Source of the DNA: Pseudomonas aeruginosa
GTDB taxonomy: Bacteria > Pseudomonadota > Gammaproteobacteria > Pseudomonadales > Pseudomonadaceae
Direction of reading: 5' to 3'
NCBI RefSeq assembly: GCF_001457615.1
Contig: NZ_LN831024.1
Location: 4,230,001-4,262,000 of the forward strand
Length of the DNA: 32,000 nt
Part shown: positions 27,011 through 32,000 of the stretch, one piece after another
Numbering within the stretch: position 1 is the first letter of the stretch
How the letters are laid out: every line of letters starts with the position of its first letter
Position numbers and translations under genes: made by a program
The notes under the pieces: model-generated
What the model was told of the DNA's origin: nothing
Databases searched by the model: none
Seen by the model: the letters and a program-made list of their open reading frames with translations, nothing else

Positions 27011-27799
27011 ATGCGCCTGCTCTGCGCCCTGCTGCTCATCGCCTGCGCCGCCAGCGCCCAGGCCGCTATCCAGACCCGCGAGATGCCTTACCGGAGCGCA
27101 GACGGCACGCGCATGGTCGGCTATTTCGCCTACGACGACAGCAAGCCGGGGATCCGCCCCGGGGTCATCGTGGTCCACGAATGGTGGGGGCTCAACGACT
27201 ATGCCAAGCGCCGCGCCCGCGACCTCGCCGAACTCGGCTACAGCGCCCTGGCCATCGACATGTACGGCGAAGGCAAGCACACCGAGCACCCGCAGGACGC
27301 GATGGCCTTCATGCAGGCCGCGACCCGGGATGCCGACGCCGCCAAGGCGCGCTTCCTCGCCGGCCTGGAACTGCTGAAGCGGCAACCGCAGACCGATCCC
27401 AGCCAGATCGCCGCGATCGGCTACTGCTTCGGCGGCAAGATCGTCCTCGACATGGCCCGCCAGGGCCTGCCGCTGGCCGGCGTGGCGAGCTTCCACGGCG
27501 CCCTCGGCACCGCCACCCCGGCCAGCAAGGGCAGCGTCAAGGCGAAGATCCTGGTGGAGCACGGCAGTGCCGACAGCCTGGTCCCGGCCAAGGACCTCGA
27601 CGCCCTGAAACAGGAACTGAGCGCCGCCGGCGCCGACTACCGGGTGGTGATCCAGGACGGCGCCAAACACGGCTTCACCAACCCCGACGCCGACGCGCAC
27701 AAGGGCCACGGCCTGGACATCGGCTACGACCGCCAGGCCGACCGACGCTCCTGGGCAGACCTGCAGGCGTTCCTCAAGGACATCTTCGGGCAGGGTTGA
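27011..27799 (+). CDS. Dienelactone hydrolase family protein with signal peptide
   Basis: 262 aa MRLLCALLLIACAASAQA...PGVIVVHEWWGLNDYAKRRARDLAELGY...GYCFGGKIVLDMAR; nucleophile Cys in GYCFGG. Confidence 0.92.
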   Translation: MRLLCALLLIACAASAQAAIQTREMPYRSADGTRMVGYFAYDDSKPGIRPGVIVVHEWWGLNDYAKRRARDLAELGYSALAIDMYGEGKHTEHPQDAMAFMQAATRDADAAKARFLAGLELLKRQPQTDPSQIAAIGYCFGGKIVLDMARQGLPLAGVASFHGALGTATPASKGSVKAKILVEHGSADSLVPAKDLDALKQELSAAGADYRVVIQDGAKHGFTNPDADAHKGHGLDIGYDRQADRRSWADLQAFLKDIFGQG

Positions 27800-27816
27800 A
27801 CCCTGCGCCGACGCAT

Positions 27817-27848
27817 AAAAAAACGGGAGTCCCCGGAGGGACTCCCGT
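27817..27848 (-). terminator. Intrinsic terminator whose strong U-tract is on the minus strand
   Basis: ACGGGAGTCCC-CGGA-GGGACTCCCGT, flanked on the left by AAAAAAA (minus-strand T7). Only a weak T tract follows on the plus strand. Confidence 0.6.
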
Positions 27849-28026
27849 CTTGAAAGGTCGAGACAGGACAGTATCCCGTCATCAACAAACAACCTCACCT
27901 GCATTCCACTGGAATGCGCGGCGCAGTCTGTCAAAACCGGGCCTTGCGGTCCGTTTTCCTTTGTTGCGCTTTTGCAATCTTGTGTAAGCGTCGCGTGACT
28001 GGTGGGCCACGTCGGGAACCGGCACA

Positions 28027-28755
28027 ATGCGCGCCATGAACGACCGTCTCCCCTCCTTCTGCACCCCGCTGGACGACCGCTGGCCGCTGCCCGTCGCGCT
28101 GCCCGGCGTGCAACTGCGCAGCACCCGCTTCGACCCGGCGCTGCTGCAACCCGGCGACTTCGCCCTGGCCGGGATCCAGCCGCCGGCGAACATCCTCCGC
28201 GCGGTGGCCAAGCGCCAGGCCGAGTTCCTCGCCGGGCGCCTCTGCGCACGCGCCGCCCTGTTCGCCCTCGATGGCCGCGCCCAGACGCCGGCCGTCGGCG
28301 AGGACCGCGCACCGGTCTGGCCGGCCGCGATCAGCGGCTCGATCACCCATGGCGACCGCTGGGCCGCCGCCCTGGTGGCGGCGCGCGGCGACTGGCGCGG
28401 GCTCGGCCTGGACGTGGAAACCCTGCTCGAAGCCGAGCGGGCGCGCTACCTGCATGGCGAGATCCTCACCGAAGGCGAGCGCCTGCGCTTCGCCGACGAC
28501 CTGGAGCGACGCACCGGCCTGCTGGTGACCCTGGCGTTCTCGCTGAAGGAAAGCCTGTTCAAGGCGCTCTATCCGCTGGTGGGCAAGCGCTTCTACTTCG
28601 AACATGCGGAACTGCTGGAATGGCGCGCCGACGGCCAGGCCCGGTTGCGCCTGCTCACCGACCTGTCGCCGGAGTGGCGCCACGGCAGCGAGCTGGATGC
28701 CCAGTTCGCCGTGCTCGACGAACGCCTGCTCAGCCTGGTGGCGGTCGGCGCCTGA
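28027..28755 (+). CDS. pcpS: 4'-phosphopantetheinyl transferase PcpS
   Basis: 242 aa EntD/Sfp-type with PAAISGSITHGDRWAAAL, GLDVE and FSLKESLFKALYP motifs. The start could alternatively be ATG 28036. Confidence 0.93.
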   Translation: MRAMNDRLPSFCTPLDDRWPLPVALPGVQLRSTRFDPALLQPGDFALAGIQPPANILRAVAKRQAEFLAGRLCARAALFALDGRAQTPAVGEDRAPVWPAAISGSITHGDRWAAALVAARGDWRGLGLDVETLLEAERARYLHGEILTEGERLRFADDLERRTGLLVTLAFSLKESLFKALYPLVGKRFYFEHAELLEWRADGQARLRLLTDLSPEWRHGSELDAQFAVLDERLLSLVAVGA

Positions 28756-29574
28756 TCAGGCGTTCCCCGGCGTGCGCCGCGACGGCCGCAGCGCGCGGCC
28801 TTCCGCCAGGCGCTCGACGGCGCGGGCGGCGGCGACCATGCCGAAGGTGGCGGTGACCATCATCACCGCGCCGAAGCCGCCGGCGCAGTCCAGCTTCACC
28901 CCTTCGCCGACGAAACTCTTCGATTGGCACACCGTGCCGTCCGGCTTCGGGTAGCGCAGCTGCTCGCTGGAGAACACGCAGGGCACGCTGTAGGTGCGCC
29001 CCGGCGTGCGCGAGAAGTTGTAGTCGCGGCGCAGGGTGGAACGCACCTTGGCCGCCAGCGGGTCGTTGAAGGTCTTGTTCAGGTCGGCGACCTGGATCTG
29101 CGTCGGGTCGACCTGGCCACCGGCGCCGCCGGTGGTGATCACCGGGATCTTGCGCCGCTTGCACCAGGCGATCAGCGCGGCCTTGGCGGCCACGCTGTCG
29201 ATGCAGTCGATCAGGTAGTCGAAGTCGACGATGTACTCGGCCATGGTCTCGCGGGTGACGAAATCGGCCACCGCGTGGACCCGGCAGGCCGGGTTGATGG
29301 CCCGGATGCGCGCCGCCATCACCTCGACCTTGGCCTTGCCCACCGAGCCTTCGATGGCATGCACCTGGCGGTTGGTGTTGGTCACGCAGACATCATCGAG
29401 GTCGAACAGGGAAATCTCGCCGACGCCGCTGCGGGCCAGCGCTTCCGCCGCCCAGGAACCGACCCCGCCGATGCCGACCACCGCGACGTGGCTATCGGCC
29501 AGGCGTTGCAGCCCCTCGCGACCGTACAACCGGCCGATACCGCCGAAGCGCTGTTCATCCACCTGCATCACCAA
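28756..29574 (-). CDS. tcdA: ThiF/E1-like protein, tRNA threonylcarbamoyladenosine dehydratase (TcdA/YgdL) family
   Basis: 272 aa. RFGGIGRLYGREGLQRLADSHVAVVGIGGVGSWAAEALARSGVGEISLFDLDDVCVTNTNRQ is characteristic of the YgdL/TcdA family. Confidence 0.9.
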   Translation of the reverse strand: MVMQVDEQRFGGIGRLYGREGLQRLADSHVAVVGIGGVGSWAAEALARSGVGEISLFDLDDVCVTNTNRQVHAIEGSVGKAKVEVMAARIRAINPACRVHAVADFVTRETMAEYIVDFDYLIDCIDSVAAKAALIAWCKRRKIPVITTGGAGGQVDPTQIQVADLNKTFNDPLAAKVRSTLRRDYNFSRTPGRTYSVPCVFSSEQLRYPKPDGTVCQSKSFVGEGVKLDCAGGFGAVMMVTATFGMVAAARAVERLAEGRALRPSRRTPGNA

Positions 29575-29778
29575 CCACCTCTGAAACCGAATCGCGGATT
29601 GCCGCGCGCATTATAAAAAGCCGCGGCCGCCGCGTCGCCTGCGTTCTTACGGCTCGTCGCGCAGGCCGGACTAGACTTGCAACAGACCCGCCGGCCCGGC
29701 GCCTGTACACCCCGGGGGTGCGGGGTAGCATGCGCCGCCCCGTGTTCAGCGAAACATCCGGAACCTGGTTTCATCTCT

Positions 29779-32000
29779 ATGTCTTCACGCAAGATCGGGC
29801 TCAACCTGGTGGTCATCGTCGCCCTGGCCGCCCTCTTCACCGGCATCTGGGCCCTGTACAACCGTCCGGTCAGCGTACCGGACTGGCCGGAACGCATCTC
29901 CGGCTTCTCCTTCTCGCCGTTCCGCCTCAACCAGAACCCGCAGAGCGGCCGCTACCCCAGCGCCGAACAGATGCGCGCCGACCTGGAACTGGTCGCCCGG
30001 CACACCCACAGCATCCGCACCTATTCGGTCCAGGGCGCGCTCGGCGACATCCCGGCGCTGGCCGAGGCGTTCGGCCTGCGCGTCAGCCTGGGCATCTGGC
30101 TCGGCCCGGACCTGGCCGGCAACGAGGCCGAGATCGCCCGCGCCATCCGCATCGCCAACGAGTCGCCGAGCGTGGTGCGAGTGATAGTCGGCAACGAGGC
30201 GCTGTTCCGCCGCGAGGTGACGGCGGAACAGTTGATCGCCTACCTCGACCGGGTCCGCGCGGCGGTCAAGGTTCCGGTGACCACCGCCGAACAGTGGCAC
30301 GTCTACCGCGAACACCCGGAACTGGCGCAACACGTCGACCTGATCGCCGCCCACGTCCTGCCCTACTGGGAGGCTACGCCGGTGGCCGACGCGGTGGACT
30401 TCGTGCTCGAACGCGCGCGCGAACTCAAGGCCGCCTTCCCGAGGAAGCCGCTGCTGCTCGCCGAGGTCGGCTGGCCGAGCAACGGGCGCATGCGCGGCAG
30501 CGCCGAGGCGACACCCGCGGACCAGGCCATCTACCTGCGGCGCCTGACCAACGCGCTCAACGGCGAAGGCTACAGCTACTTCGTCATCGAAGCCTTCGAC
30601 CAGCCCTGGAAGGTCAGCGCCGAAGGCTCGGTGGGCGCCTACTGGGGCGTCTACAACGCCGACCGCAAGGCCAAGTTCAACTTCACCGGGCCGGTGGTGC
30701 CGATTCCCAAGTGGCGCGCCCTGGCCATCGCCTCGGCGGTACTCGCGGTACTCGCCTTCACCCTGCTGCTGATCGACAGTTCCTCGCTGCGCCAGCGCGG
30801 GAGGACCTTCCTCGCCGTGGTCTCGTTCGCCTGCGCCTCGGTGCTGGTGTGGATCGCCTACGACTACAGCCAGCAGTACAGCACCTGGTTCAGCCTGACC
30901 GTCGGCGCGTTGCTGGGCGTCGGCGCGCTGGGGGTGGTCATCGTGCTGTTCACCGAGGCCCACGAGCTGGCCGAGGCGGTCTGGACGCGCAAGCGGCGCC
31001 GCCCATTCCTGCCGATCACCGCCGCGCAGGCCTATCGGCCCAAGGTGTCGATCCACGTGCCCTGCTACAACGAGCCGCCGGAACTGCTGAAGCAGACCCT
31101 CGACGCCCTTGCCCGCCTCGACTACCCGGACTACGAAGTCCTGGTGATCGACAACAACACCCGCGACCCGGCCGTCTGGCAGCCGGTCGAGGCGCACTGC
31201 GCGCGCCTGGGCGAGCGCTTCCGCTTCTTCCACGTCGCCCCGCTGGAAGGCTTCAAGGCCGGCGCGCTGAACTTCGCCCTGGGCCACGTGGCGGCGGACG
31301 TCGAGGTGGTCGCGGTGATCGACGCCGACTACTGCGTCGACCCCGACTGGCTCAGGCACATGGTGCCGCACTTCGGCGACCCGCGGATCGCCGTGGTGCA
31401 GTCGCCGCAGGACTACCGCGACCAGCACGAGAGCGCCTTCAAGCGGCTCTGCTACGCCGAGTACAAGGGCTTCTTCCACATCGGCATGGTCACCCGCAAC
31501 GACCGCGACGCGATCATCGAGCACGGCACCATGACCATGATCCGGCGCAGCGTGCTGGACGAGCTGAGATGGCCGGAATGGTGCATCACCGAGGACGCCG
31601 AGCTGGGCCTGCGGGTGTTCGAGAAGGGCCTGTCGGCCGCCTACTTCGAGCGCAGCTACGGCAAGGGGGTGATGCCCGATACCTTCATCGACTTCAAGAA
31701 GCAGCGCTTCCGCTGGGCCTACGGCGCGATCCAGATCATGAAGCGGCATACCGACGCCCTGCTGCGCGGCCGCGGTCCCGACGGCAGCCGCCTGACCCGC
31801 GGCCAGCGCTACCACTTCGTGGCCGGCTGGCTGCCGTGGATCGCCGACGGCCTGAACATCTTCTTCACCCTCGGCGCGCTGCTCTGGTCGGCGGCGATGA
31901 TCATCGTGCCCAAGCGCGTCGACCCGCCGCTGCTGATCTTCGCGATCCTGCCGCTGGCCCTGTTCGTCTTCAAGGTCGGCAAGATCCTCTTCCTCTACCG
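29779..32000 (+). CDS. ndvB: NdvB-like periplasmic glucan synthase with GH17-like and GT2 domains, 3' end outside window
   Basis: Open from ATG 29779 to the window end. Lumenal GH17-like domain (VGNEALFR, LLLAEVGWPSNG), TM segments, GT2 domain (VSIHVPCYNEPP, VIDADY, QRFRWAYGAIQ). Missing from the ORF track, apparently because it has no stop in the window. Confidence 0.92.
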   Translation, partial: MSSRKIGLNLVVIVALAALFTGIWALYNRPVSVPDWPERISGFSFSPFRLNQNPQSGRYPSAEQMRADLELVARHTHSIRTYSVQGALGDIPALAEAFGLRVSLGIWLGPDLAGNEAEIARAIRIANESPSVVRVIVGNEALFRREVTAEQLIAYLDRVRAAVKVPVTTAEQWHVYREHPELAQHVDLIAAHVLPYWEATPVADAVDFVLERARELKAAFPRKPLLLAEVGWPSNGRMRGSAEATPADQAIYLRRLTNALNGEGYSYFVIEAFDQPWKVSAEGSVGAYWGVYNADRKAKFNFTGPVVPIPKWRALAIASAVLAVLAFTLLLIDSSSLRQRGRTFLAVVSFACASVLVWIAYDYSQQYSTWFSLTVGALLGVGALGVVIVLFTEAHELAEAVWTRKRRRPFLPITAAQAYRPKVSIHVPCYNEPPELLKQTLDALARLDYPDYEVLVIDNNTRDPAVWQPVEAHCARLGERFRFFHVAPLEGFKAGALNFALGHVAADVEVVAVIDADYCVDPDWLRHMVPHFGDPRIAVVQSPQDYRDQHESAFKRLCYAEYKGFFHIGMVTRNDRDAIIEHGTMTMIRRSVLDELRWPEWCITEDAELGLRVFEKGLSAAYFERSYGKGVMPDTFIDFKKQRFRWAYGAIQIMKRHTDALLRGRGPDGSRLTRGQRYHFVAGWLPWIADGLNIFFTLGALLWSAAMIIVPKRVDPPLLIFAILPLALFVFKVGKILFLY

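Noticed and set aside
29785-31815. 676-aa minus-strand ORF opposite ndvB
   Set aside because: Antisense artefact. The plus strand encodes a coherent GH17/GT2 protein that the ORF track omits, apparently because it runs off the window end.
1-32000. Search by eye for CRISPR arrays, IS elements, prophage genes, toxin-antitoxin pairs, tRNA/rRNA
   Set aside because: No regularly spaced repeats, transposase/integrase motifs or RNA gene signatures were seen. Gene content is core-genome-like.

Overview
The gene content and order match a Pseudomonas aeruginosa-type chromosomal segment. This identification is from recalled synteny; no database was searched. Gene order, left to right: J-domain protein (5' end cut off); Yip1-family membrane protein; SprT-like metalloprotease; a minus-strand cluster of CaiB/BaiF CoA-transferase, acyl-CoA dehydrogenase, LLM flavin monooxygenase and GST; a divergent LysR regulator; dctA with a near-consensus sigma54 promoter; an AraC-type regulator; a MASE1-PAS-GGDEF-EAL protein; oprH-phoP-phoQ; napEFDABC; a lytic transglycosylase; a TerC/YjbE-like protein; loxA lipoxygenase with an upstream small ORF; a PL7 alginate lyase; a dienelactone hydrolase; pcpS; tcdA-like; and an ndvB-like glucan synthase (3' end cut off). 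I see no CRISPR array, transposon, prophage, rRNA or tRNA. Most of the window is ordinary core genome. The most notable observations are: (1) napB is split by an apparent 1-nt frameshift in a C-run, upstream of both CXXCH heme motifs; (2) a similar apparent 1-nt frame break sits at the start of the Yip1-family gene; (3) the 106-aa ORF upstream of loxA begins with a bacteriocin/microcin-like leader (LSVGEIEQVSGAG), raising the possibility of an exported peptide paired with a secreted lipoxygenase; (4) four GTTCAG repeats at exact 11-bp spacing lie in front of oprH; (5) a structured intergenic region before pcpS could encode a small RNA.
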